From an uncultured Eubacteriales bacterium (lineage in GTDB: Bacteria; Bacillota; Clostridia; Christensenellales; Aristaeellaceae): 55,811 nt of DNA. Of the stretch, positions 28,203-36,820 are shown in pieces. The DNA lies in contig ONWQ01000428.1 in NCBI GenBank assembly GCA_900321565.1, forward strand, positions 1 through 55,811, given 5' to 3'. Position numbers and translations under genes: made by a program. The notes under the pieces were generated by a model, which saw only the letters and a list, made by a program, of their open reading frames with translations, ran no database searches and was not told the origin of the DNA. The first letter of the stretch is position 1. Each line of letters starts with the position of its first letter.

Positions 28203-28344
28203 GAGGAGCTGAAATTATGGTCCGACCATCCATCAAGGCAGGAAAATCTGCTGTGAGCACGAAAAATCAGGATACGGTAACAGAGGACAGAAGCCTCTGA
28301 TGATGTTTCTTTATCAGGGGTGCTAAAGAAATCAAGCGACAGGA

Positions 28345-29136
28345 ATGAAAACAATGCAGAGTCGTGAATGGATACCTGGGGTGTACCAGATTCAGGATAG
28401 TATGGGTGTCATGATGACACTGGTTGCAGGCCATAAACAGGCGTTGCTGATTGATACGGGATACGGCCTGGAAGATGTGAGAGCGGCAATTCAGAAACTG
28501 ACGGACCGGCCGGTTCAGGTGTTGCTGACGCATGGACATCATGATCATGCGCTGGGAGCAAGATGGTTCAGCATGGTATGGCTTGCTGCGAATGAATCGA
28601 GTGTGTTTCAGAAATATACATCGGAACCCTGGCGCAGGCGGGTGATGCGGCAGGCAGAGCAGAAAGGACTGCAGGTACCGGAAGATTTCCTGACAGCACC
28701 GATGGCAGAACCCCGGTTCCTCCGGGATACGAGCATAGATCTGGGCGGCTTTCATGCAGAAATCCTGATGTGCCCGGGGCATACCCCGGGTTCATGCGTG
28801 ATCAGGATTCCGGAGGCAGATCTTCTGATTACCGGGGACGACTGGAATCCATGCACATGGCTCTGGTTTCCGGAAGCATTGCCGGTACAGCAGTATCGAA
28901 AGAACCTGGAGCAGGTATTCGCATTGCCATTCCGGCATGTTCTGTGCTCACACGCAGCAGGTCTGTTTTCCAGAGAAGACATGCGCCAGTTCCTGGACGG
29001 GATTACAGATGTTCAGATTCAGTCAGCGGGCATGACGGATGAAGGGAACGAAATGGGGATCCGGACAGCGACGATTTTTCTGGAGCATGGATACAGGCTG
29101 GTTTTCGATGCGGATAAGGCAAAAGGGGACAAGTGA
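28345..29136 (+). CDS. MBL-fold metallo-hydrolase
   Basis: 263 aa with the HxHxDH motif in LLTHGHHDHALG and a later CPGHTPGS. An alternative ATG exists at 28354. Confidence 0.85.
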   Translation: MKTMQSREWIPGVYQIQDSMGVMMTLVAGHKQALLIDTGYGLEDVRAAIQKLTDRPVQVLLTHGHHDHALGARWFSMVWLAANESSVFQKYTSEPWRRRVMRQAEQKGLQVPEDFLTAPMAEPRFLRDTSIDLGGFHAEILMCPGHTPGSCVIRIPEADLLITGDDWNPCTWLWFPEALPVQQYRKNLEQVFALPFRHVLCSHAAGLFSREDMRQFLDGITDVQIQSAGMTDEGNEMGIRTATIFLEHGYRLVFDADKAKGDK

Positions 29137-29137
29137 T

Positions 29138-30634
29138 ATGGAATATACAATTCAGGTGCAGCCCGGCGCGCACATGGACTTTGAAAACCATGCATGTGAC
29201 TGTATCGGAACCGGTCGAATGGATCTTGCACTTCAGGAAGAATACCAGGAAGAGCTCAGACAGGTACAGAGATTATGCCATTTCCGGCATATCCGTGGTC
29301 ATGGGCTTTTTTCCGACGGAATGGCGATCTATGCACCGGTAACGGATGCGGACGGTATCCGGCATGATCAGTATTGCTTTACATATCTGGACCGGGTAAT
29401 GGACAGTTACAGGAAACTTGGCCTGACTCCTGTGCTGGAACTTGGGTTCATGCCTTCCCAGATGGCCAGTGGGAACCAGACATTGTTTTACTGGAAGGCC
29501 AATGTTACACCGCCTGCAGAGGAGAAACGATGGACGGCCCTGATTGAGGCAACACTGGAGCATCTGTGTGAACGCTACGGCAGGAAAGAAGTTGCGCTGT
29601 GGCCGGTCGAGGTCTGGAATGAACCGAACCTTCCTGGGTTCTGGGAGAATGCGGACAAACAGGCATACTTCCGGCTCTACGAAATCTCCGTACAGGCTGT
29701 TCGGCGTGTGGTTCCGGGAATTCGTGTCGGAGGACCGGCGATCTGCGGCGGAACCGGATCTTTGGAATGGGTGCGTGATTTTCTGGCCTGCTGCCGGGAA
29801 CGGAAGCTGCCTGTGGACTTCCTGACCAGACATACATATATGGGACAGAAACCGGAGCGGAAAGGCCGGTATCTGTATCATGAAATGTGCAGACCGGACG
29901 ACCTGATTGATGAGGTCCGGGCAACCCGGAGCGTCATGGAAGAATTCGAAGAGTACAGAAGACTGCCGATTTATATTACAGAGTTCAATACCAGCTATAA
30001 TCCGTTCTGTCCGATCCATGATACCTGCAGGAATGCCGTGATTCTGTGCAGCCTGCTTTCAAAACTCGGGGATGTGGCAGACAGTTACAGCTACTGGACT
30101 TTTGGGGATGTTTTTGAAGAACAGGGTGTACCCGCAACTTTGTTCCATGGAGGTTTTGGGCTTATGGCTGCTAGCTGTATACCCAAGCCGAGCCTGTGGG
30201 CGTTTCACTTTTTTGCAAACCTGGAAGGTGAATGCGTGCACCGGGACAGTCGCAGTCTGATCCTGCACAGGGAAGACGGATCATATGAAATGATACTCTG
30301 GCATCCTGACGAAGAGGTGCAGGAAACAGAAATCATACGGATTGAACTTCCATGGGAAAACCAGGCAACGGTCCTGAGCAGGAGAATAGATGAAACGCAC
30401 GGGAACCCGTTAAAGGTATGGCTGGACATGGGGCAGCCCAGGAATCTGCGAGAGGAAGAGCTTGGGTTCCTGAAGAACGCTGCCTGCCCTGAAACAGTGA
30501 GTCAGTGTATGACAGCGCAAGATGGCAGGATCACACTGGAGTTCACGCTGAAAAAGAATTCATTCTGTCATATCAGGCTGATGAAGCATGCGGGTCTGCA
30601 GGAGACCGGATATTTGCCGGATATGTATCTGTAA
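29138..30634 (+). CDS. xynB: GH39 beta-xylosidase
   Basis: The protein from the ATG at 29138 (1 nt after the upstream TGA) aligns by eye along its full length with Thermoanaerobacterium XynB. Matching blocks are CIGTGRMDLALQEEY, YWKANVTPP, the acid/base VWNEPNL, VGGPAICGG, the nucleophile ITEFNTSY, and YWTFGDVFEEQGVP..FHGGFGL. There is no signal peptide. Confidence 0.9.
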   Translation: MEYTIQVQPGAHMDFENHACDCIGTGRMDLALQEEYQEELRQVQRLCHFRHIRGHGLFSDGMAIYAPVTDADGIRHDQYCFTYLDRVMDSYRKLGLTPVLELGFMPSQMASGNQTLFYWKANVTPPAEEKRWTALIEATLEHLCERYGRKEVALWPVEVWNEPNLPGFWENADKQAYFRLYEISVQAVRRVVPGIRVGGPAICGGTGSLEWVRDFLACCRERKLPVDFLTRHTYMGQKPERKGRYLYHEMCRPDDLIDEVRATRSVMEEFEEYRRLPIYITEFNTSYNPFCPIHDTCRNAVILCSLLSKLGDVADSYSYWTFGDVFEEQGVPATLFHGGFGLMAASCIPKPSLWAFHFFANLEGECVHRDSRSLILHREDGSYEMILWHPDEEVQETEIIRIELPWENQATVLSRRIDETHGNPLKVWLDMGQPRNLREEELGFLKNAACPETVSQCMTAQDGRITLEFTLKKNSFCHIRLMKHAGLQETGYLPDMYL

Positions 30635-30647
30635 GGAGGGTAAAGCA

Positions 30648-32480
30648 TTGAATCAGGAATCGGATCGTGCCTGGCTCGCAGCACCGGTAAACGGCGAACC
30701 GGATTTTACGAGCCCTGCAGAGGCAGCAAAATGGGAACTGAGACAGGGATCGGTGAAACTGGGAATCCATGAAGTGCCAGAGCTGTATTTAGAGCCGGAA
30801 ATGGATGAAGCCTATGAAATTACCGGATCCGGAATCCGTGGAGGACGCACTGGAATTCTGCAGGGCGTGTTCAGGTATCTGGAATGCAGGGCCTGCGGAT
30901 ATGATTTGCCCTCGGGTGTCCAGCGTCCCAGGTATGCGCTGCGTATGATGAACTGCTGGGATAATCTGGACGGGAGTGTGGAACGTGGATATTCAGGTCC
31001 GTCGATCTGGTTTCGGAATGGTAACCTGGAATATGACAGAGCTATGCTGTGGCAGACCGCGAGAATGCTGGCGTCCAGCGGTATCAATGTTCTGTGTATC
31101 AACAATGTCAACGTGCTGGAGCCTGCACAGGAATTAATCGGAGACCTGTTGCCTGCTGTGGCAGAGCTGGCACGAAACTTCAGAATGTATGGTATTCGTC
31201 TGATGCTCTCCGTTGATTTCTCGCAACCAATCCGTGAAGGCCTGGCAACAGCGGATCCGCTCGACCCACAGGTACGGGCATGGTGGCATAAACGGGCCGA
31301 CATGGTTTATGCACAGATTCCGGACCTTGCAGGTTTTCTGGTGAAAGCAGACAGCGAACATCGCCCCGGGCCCTTCAGCTATGGGAGAAACCATGCAGAT
31401 GGAGCGAACATGCTTGCAGAAGCACTGGCACCGCATGGAGGAGTTCTGGTATGGCGTGCGTTTGTGTATAATTGCCAGCAGGACTGGAGAGATGTGATGA
31501 CAGACCGGCCCAAGGCGGCATATGATACATACATGCCACTGGATGGCCGGTTCGCGGATAATGTGATTCTGCAGGTTAAACACGGGCCTTTTGATTTTCA
31601 GGTACGGGAACCGGTCTCGCCGTTACTCCTTGCCATGAAACACACGCGCCTCTGCATGGAAGTCCAGCTGGCACAGGAGTATACCGGGCAGCAGATAGAC
31701 CTGTACGCCATGAATCCGATGTGGCATGAAATCATGCAGGAGATCCCGGAAGAGAATCTTTGCGCTGTGGCAGCCGTAGGGAACCTGGGAAGGGGATTTT
31801 TCCTTACAGGTCACCCGATGGCAGCGGTGAACCTCTATGGTTTCGGGCGCTTTGGATGGAATCCCGGGGCTGATCCGGAGCATGTTATTCGTACCTGGGT
31901 GCACCTGAGTTTTTCCTTGCCTGCGGAACAGGAGCAGAAACTGACAAAACTGCTGATGCACAGTCGTGAAGTTTATGAAAACTATACTGCAACCCTGGGG
32001 CTGAACTGGATGATTACACCTGCACAGCATTACGGACCGAATCCGATGGGATATGAATATCAGGCATGGGGGACATACCATCGTTCGGATCGGAACGCAA
32101 CAGGCATAGACCGAACGATAAACGGCACCGGATACACACGGCAGTATCCGGAGGCACTTTGCAGGAAATATGAGAACCTGGATACATGTCCGGAGCGCCT
32201 GCTGCTGTTTTTTCACAGGCTTCCCTATACTTATGTCATGCAGGATGGACGGACACTGATTCAAAGAATCTATGATGATCATTTCCTGGGCTGTGAGCAG
32301 ACCAGAGCAATGCAGATGGTGCTGGAAGAACTGTCTCTTCCGGAACGTGTTGCAGAAGAAACACGGAACCGGATGGCCAGGCAGGTGAGAAACGCCAGAG
32401 AATGGTGTGATATTGTAAACTCGTTCTTCTACCGCTATTGTGGAATCCCGGATGCACGGGGAAGAGTGATCTATTCATAA
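30648..32480 (+). CDS. aguA: GH67 alpha-glucuronidase
   Basis: AGGAGG lies 8 nt upstream of the TTG at 30648. VKADSEHRPGPFSYGRNHADGANMLAEALAPHGGVLVWRAFVY and the following blocks are characteristic of GH67. There is no signal peptide. Confidence 0.9.
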   Translation: MNQESDRAWLAAPVNGEPDFTSPAEAAKWELRQGSVKLGIHEVPELYLEPEMDEAYEITGSGIRGGRTGILQGVFRYLECRACGYDLPSGVQRPRYALRMMNCWDNLDGSVERGYSGPSIWFRNGNLEYDRAMLWQTARMLASSGINVLCINNVNVLEPAQELIGDLLPAVAELARNFRMYGIRLMLSVDFSQPIREGLATADPLDPQVRAWWHKRADMVYAQIPDLAGFLVKADSEHRPGPFSYGRNHADGANMLAEALAPHGGVLVWRAFVYNCQQDWRDVMTDRPKAAYDTYMPLDGRFADNVILQVKHGPFDFQVREPVSPLLLAMKHTRLCMEVQLAQEYTGQQIDLYAMNPMWHEIMQEIPEENLCAVAAVGNLGRGFFLTGHPMAAVNLYGFGRFGWNPGADPEHVIRTWVHLSFSLPAEQEQKLTKLLMHSREVYENYTATLGLNWMITPAQHYGPNPMGYEYQAWGTYHRSDRNATGIDRTINGTGYTRQYPEALCRKYENLDTCPERLLLFFHRLPYTYVMQDGRTLIQRIYDDHFLGCEQTRAMQMVLEELSLPERVAEETRNRMARQVRNAREWCDIVNSFFYRYCGIPDARGRVIYS

Positions 32481-32498
32481 ACGAAAGGAGTCTGAGCC

Positions 32499-33689
32499 AT
32501 GAAGCAATGGGAGAGCAGTAATCCAGTAGGTACTGTACCGGGTGATGCGCTGCCTGGTGCACCTGAACTGGCCAGACGGGGCAATATAACAACAGGATAC
32601 CGTGAACTGGATCTGGTACACCCGGGGCAGCTGGATCTGGCTTCAGGGAAGCAGCAGGGACTCTGGAAGCACTGTGACCGCAAGCTGACGGTCTCTGTAT
32701 GGTATCCTGCTGTTGCGTCGGCACAGGATCAACCGGCTGTGTTTACAGATTATATGGGTCGGATTGATCTGGGAAATCTGACGCCGTTCAGGCTCGCGAG
32801 CAGAAGTCTGCAGGCCCCGGAAGCGGACCGGGAATCCGGAAAGCATCCGGTGGTGGTGATCTCACATGGATACCCGGGCTCAAGAATGCTTCTGAGCAAT
32901 CTGGCAGAAAATCTTTCGAGTAAGGGATATGTTGTGGTTTCAATCGGGCATACGGACAATACGTATGAGGATTTTCTGGCACAGAGATCCATGGAAAGTG
33001 CATGGATTCATCGTACGCTGGACCAGCGTTTTGTAATATCACAGCTCAGTGCATGGAATGCTGAAGGGTTCCTGAAGGACATGCTGGATCTGGAGAAAGT
33101 CGCATTGATTGGGTTCAGTATGGGCGGATATGGAGCTCTGCGTACAATAGGTGCGCATGTTGGAACTGAAATGAAGGAACAGCTGAAAGAACTGGCGGAG
33201 GCTGTGGATGAACCAGAATGGCATGGGGATCCGGCGGTCAAAGCATGCGTACTGTTCGCTCCGGCTGTTTTCTGGTTTGATCCGGCCAGGACTGAGGATA
33301 TCCGGATTCCGACACTATGGTTCTGTGGAACAGCAGATAAAACAGTCAGATATACCAGTGTTCGGTCATTCTTTGAATCATGCACGAACAGTGAACGGAT
33401 TCTGGTCAGTTATACTGCCTGTGGACATAATGTGGCGAACAATCCGGCACCGGAGTGTGCAGGCAATGCCTCGTGGGAGATTTATAAGCGTTGGGCTGAC
33501 CCTGTGTGGGATACAAATCGGTTGAACAATATCAATGTACACTTTGTAACTGCATTTCTGGATGCGACCTTGTTTGGCGGTACCGGATTCAGGTATTTTG
33601 AGGAACCGCTTCCGGAGACTCCGAGGCTTGGCTTTGTTGACGGCGGCGATGCCGGCGTCAACATACTTCGTATGCATGCACAGGACTGA
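32499..33689 (+). CDS. Alpha/beta hydrolase (PAF-acetylhydrolase / dienelactone-hydrolase-like; candidate esterase)
   Basis: 396 aa with an AAGGAG SD. It has an oxyanion-region VVVISHGYPGS, the nucleophile elbow GFSMGGYGA and a late CGHN. It does not have the CE15 GCSRxG motif. Confidence 0.8.
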   Translation: MKQWESSNPVGTVPGDALPGAPELARRGNITTGYRELDLVHPGQLDLASGKQQGLWKHCDRKLTVSVWYPAVASAQDQPAVFTDYMGRIDLGNLTPFRLASRSLQAPEADRESGKHPVVVISHGYPGSRMLLSNLAENLSSKGYVVVSIGHTDNTYEDFLAQRSMESAWIHRTLDQRFVISQLSAWNAEGFLKDMLDLEKVALIGFSMGGYGALRTIGAHVGTEMKEQLKELAEAVDEPEWHGDPAVKACVLFAPAVFWFDPARTEDIRIPTLWFCGTADKTVRYTSVRSFFESCTNSERILVSYTACGHNVANNPAPECAGNASWEIYKRWADPVWDTNRLNNINVHFVTAFLDATLFGGTGFRYFEEPLPETPRLGFVDGGDAGVNILRMHAQD

Positions 33690-33706
33690 TAACAGGAGGG
33701 GAGTCC

Positions 33707-34531
33707 ATGTTGACAGACCAATGGATGCAGCAGATTCTGCAGACAGAAACACCGTACGGTACTGCAGCAGTCTGGTGGGCCGGGCAGATGGGATTATGGC
33801 TGAAGATGGGTGCAACTGTCCTGTGCATTGACTATTATGCACGACCTGATCCCAGGCGCCAGACGGCACCGCCGATCCCGGCAGAAGCTGTCCGGAATGT
33901 GGATGTTTTTATGGGATCGCATAATCATCTGGATCATATAGATCATGAATCCTGGCAGATATGGGGCAAAAACTGCCCTGGTTCGGTCTTTGTCTATCCA
34001 AGATTGCATACGGCATCCCTGCTGGAAGACTGTCTGGAATCGCAACGACTGCTTGGAATGAATGATGGCGAAACCATCTGTGTGAAAGATGTACGCATTC
34101 ATGCATTGGCTGCCGCGCATGAGTTCCTTTCGCGGGATCCGGAGACCGGGTTGTATCCATGCCTTCAGTATATAATAGAGGGAAACGGACTGCGAGTTTA
34201 TCATGCCGGGGATACACTCCGGTATGAAGGAATGCTGGCAAAACTTCAGGCCGCAGGCAGGATGGATCTGGCAATCCTGCCGATCAATGGCAGGGATGGA
34301 GTGCGTTACCGGAGAAACTGTATTGGAAACATGACATATCAGGAAGCTGCGGACCTGGCGGGCGAGCTTGAGCCTGGTGCGGTGATTCCGGGCCACTGGG
34401 ATATGTTTGCGGACAACCCGGGTGATCCGGATGCATTCGAGGATTATCTGGATGCCAAGTATCCGGGTAAGATATGCTGCCTGAGACCTGGCGTTATGGA
34501 AACGGTAATGCTGAAAAAACAGACAGTCTAA
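33707..34531 (+). CDS. MBL-fold metallo-hydrolase (UlaG/lactonase-like subgroup)
   Basis: 274 aa with an AGGAGGGGAG SD and the HxHxDH motif in GSHNHLDHID. The later motifs (AAAHEF, YHAGDT) fit the Lactamase_B_2/3 type. Confidence 0.8.
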   Translation: MLTDQWMQQILQTETPYGTAAVWWAGQMGLWLKMGATVLCIDYYARPDPRRQTAPPIPAEAVRNVDVFMGSHNHLDHIDHESWQIWGKNCPGSVFVYPRLHTASLLEDCLESQRLLGMNDGETICVKDVRIHALAAAHEFLSRDPETGLYPCLQYIIEGNGLRVYHAGDTLRYEGMLAKLQAAGRMDLAILPINGRDGVRYRRNCIGNMTYQEAADLAGELEPGAVIPGHWDMFADNPGDPDAFEDYLDAKYPGKICCLRPGVMETVMLKKQTV

Positions 34532-34569
34532 TCACTGCGATAAAGCAAAGGACATCCAAAGAACAGACA

Positions 34570-34604
34570 ACCGCACTGCAGAGATACATTGCAGTGCGGT
34601 TTTT
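34570..34604. terminator. Rho-independent terminator after the xylan operon, overlapping the stop of the convergent helicase gene
   Basis: ACCGCACTGCA (34570-34580) pairs with TGCAGTGCGGT (34590-34600) around a 9-nt loop, and the stem runs into a T-run ending at 34604. Confidence 0.6.
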
Positions 34605-36459
34605 AGGACCCGGATTCCGGCAGCATACTGATGAGTTCCTGTACATGCCTGCGGGCATAGCTTGCATTCTCCATGACCTGCTCCTGAGACAGGGGAACAT
34701 CGCCCATCAGACTGATAAACTGACTGACTTTGAGGCCAAGTGCTTCCTGCATCAGGGCATCAGATCCACCGGGTGAAACCAGATAGTAGCACAGCAGTGA
34801 GTCTGTCTGACCGATCCGGTGTGCACGGTCTTCAGCCTGCGCATGGACGGCAGGAGACCAGTCAAGCTCACCAAAAACGACGCAGGTGGCATGCTGCAGG
34901 TTCAGGCCACTGGCCGAGCGCAGGGAAATGCAGAGCAAACGTGTCTGATCCTGAAGAAAACGATCGGCAGCAGCTGCTTTTTCCTGAATGGTTTCGCGGC
35001 CGGTGATCATGCCGGGATGATAAGCAGCCAGTTCTTTCATATAGAGATCAAAGACGGCGTGATGATGTGCAAAAAGAAGAACACGCTCACCACCTTCCAG
35101 CATGGCACGGACAAACTGACAGACAAAGGGCGCTTTTGCAATACCGGTAGCTTGACGTGCCTGCTGGGATATACTCTGCTCAAGAAGAGAACGCTGACCC
35201 GCAGTGAGTTCAGAGGGATTCTTCCACTGGTACAGGAGCGGAATAACCGGCTCCATGAGTTTCCTGTACATGGCATCATTCCAGTCAAGCGTCTGGACGA
35301 GCCTGCGTTTCGGTGGCAGCTCACTGAGCACATCTGCTTTAGTCCTGCGTAACATGAGGCCTTCCCGCTTCAGATAACTGCCCAGGATATCCGGCTTTGC
35401 TACAATACGGTTGCCGTATCCGGTGCACCATTCTCTGGAGAAGCTTTCCCAGCTTCCGAGAAACTGGAAGTCCAGTATATTGATGACGTTCCAGATTTCT
35501 CCTCCTTCATTATAGATCGGTGTTCCGCTCAGACCAATGACACGGTCACAATGATCTGAAAGAAGACTGGCGGCGGAATACTTCTCTGTACCACTGTGCC
35601 GGAGTTCCTGAACTTCATCAAGAATAAGCACACGGAACGGCAGGGCCGGAATTACCTTTTTCCATCCCCGCAGAAGCAGATAGTGCATGATATACACGTC
35701 GGCTTCGGGGAGTGGGTATGGTGCCAGCCCATGAATGATATGGATACGGGGCGTTGTGCCGTGAATACGGAGAAATCGCAGGAGTTCGTGTTCCCAGTTC
35801 AGCACCAGATGAGGTGGCGGTACGACGAGTACCGGAAAACTTTTGACTTCAGCAATGCATGCGATGGCCTGGACGGTTTTTCCAAGCCCCATCTCATCAG
35901 CGAGCAGACACCGGTCGTGCAACAGAAGAAAGGAAAACCCTTCTTTCTGGAAATCCATCAGTTCACCACAGAAATCACTCTTGGACGGTGTTGATGGCAA
36001 TGCGCTCTGTTCCCGGACTGCCAGTATTTTTGCGTGGGCACGTGCTTTGGCAACGGCTTCGTTCCATACTGTCAGATCTGCCATGCGAACAGTGAGCGGA
36101 AACCGCATCATTAACCAGCAGAGATCTTCTATGGAGCGCCTGTGAAGGGAGAATCGGGCTTCTCCACGTTTGCTTCCCACGGAGCCGGGAAAGAGACGTT
36201 TGCACATTTCCGTCACGGAAGGATCGCCTTTGACTACCCAGCATCGGCTTTTCCGGTTCAGGGAAAGTGTTCCGTAGGTATGCTGCTGAGGAGCAGGCTC
36301 ATTTTCCCGCAGGTATGGTGGCAGCAGACGCTCATCTTCCAGCGAAAGGTGAGATGCCATTTTTTCTGTGTCTGGAGCACGGACAGAAACAGCCGGTGCA
36401 GACTCGGGGAGCAGAAAAGCTTCCGGGTCTTCCCAGGAAAACGATGGGTCAGAGATCAT
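34603..36459 (-). CDS. SNF2 family helicase/translocase
   Basis: Motif I LLADEMGLGKTVQAIA, motif II LILDEVQELRH, LSGTPIYN, the helicase-C part LLFAHHHAVFD...GLNLQHATCVVFGELDWSPAVHAQAEDRAHRIGQ. I prefer the start at ATG 36459 (MISDPSF...), which overlaps the upstream TGA as ATGA, over the longest ORF start at 36576. Confidence 0.85.
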   Translation of the reverse strand: MISDPSFSWEDPEAFLLPESAPAVSVRAPDTEKMASHLSLEDERLLPPYLRENEPAPQQHTYGTLSLNRKSRCWVVKGDPSVTEMCKRLFPGSVGSKRGEARFSLHRRSIEDLCWLMMRFPLTVRMADLTVWNEAVAKARAHAKILAVREQSALPSTPSKSDFCGELMDFQKEGFSFLLLHDRCLLADEMGLGKTVQAIACIAEVKSFPVLVVPPPHLVLNWEHELLRFLRIHGTTPRIHIIHGLAPYPLPEADVYIMHYLLLRGWKKVIPALPFRVLILDEVQELRHSGTEKYSAASLLSDHCDRVIGLSGTPIYNEGGEIWNVINILDFQFLGSWESFSREWCTGYGNRIVAKPDILGSYLKREGLMLRRTKADVLSELPPKRRLVQTLDWNDAMYRKLMEPVIPLLYQWKNPSELTAGQRSLLEQSISQQARQATGIAKAPFVCQFVRAMLEGGERVLLFAHHHAVFDLYMKELAAYHPGMITGRETIQEKAAAADRFLQDQTRLLCISLRSASGLNLQHATCVVFGELDWSPAVHAQAEDRAHRIGQTDSLLCYYLVSPGGSDALMQEALGLKVSQFISLMGDVPLSQEQVMENASYARRHVQELISMLPESGS

Positions 36460-36818
36460 AAGGCAATCCCCCAGAGCCGGGCAAGGCTCAGCTGATAAAG
36501 CGGTTTTCCGTTCAGGAAAGCCGGAAGTCTCAGAGTATGCTCTGACATAAGAATCAGTCCACTGATCTGTGTACATGCCGCATATCGGGAAAGCTGATTC
36601 ATGACAGAAGCTTTCTGCGGGTATCCACGCTTGATTTCCAGTCCGATGGTTCCGATCAGGAAATCAATCCTGCAATGGGGTGCAATCGTGCATTCATGCT
36701 CATATGTGATGCCGCGCGATGTAAGAAATTCCTGAACTGTCCGGTGCAGCTCATGCTCGTCAGTTTGGATTGGAAGACGGAGCGCCTGAAGCGTTAGGAA
36801 TAAAGTCTGTATATCCAT
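36456..36818 (-). CDS. Small PD-(D/E)xK nuclease-fold protein (hypothetical)
   Basis: 120-aa ORF with E...RIDFLIGTIGLEIKRG, which fits D-x9-E-x-K. Its ATG lies 2 nt after the PBP stop with no SD of its own. Its TGA overlaps the helicase ATG. Confidence 0.55.
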   Translation of the reverse strand: MDIQTLFLTLQALRLPIQTDEHELHRTVQEFLTSRGITYEHECTIAPHCRIDFLIGTIGLEIKRGYPQKASVMNQLSRYAACTQISGLILMSEHTLRLPAFLNGKPLYQLSLARLWGIAL

Positions 36819-36820
36819 TG

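Noticed and set aside
28217-28300. Calling the 27-codon sORF a confident CDS feature.
   Set aside because: Only the SD spacing supports it. It is too short for compositional evidence and nothing is known about its conservation. It is therefore reported as a finding only.
29039-29137. Upstream extensions of the GH39 ORF (from 29039), the GH67 ORF (from 30588), the binding-protein ORF (to 52941) and argG (to 54088).
   Set aside because: Each extension overlaps the preceding gene and lacks an SD. The internal starts have good SD spacing and give N-termini that match the families.
36460-36576. The longest-ORF start of the SNF2 helicase at 36576, which overlaps the small nuclease-like ORF by 121 nt.
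   Set aside because: The ATG at 36459 forms an ATGA overlap with the upstream stop, the standard coupling arrangement seen elsewhere in this window. Without experimental data, the upstream start cannot be excluded completely.
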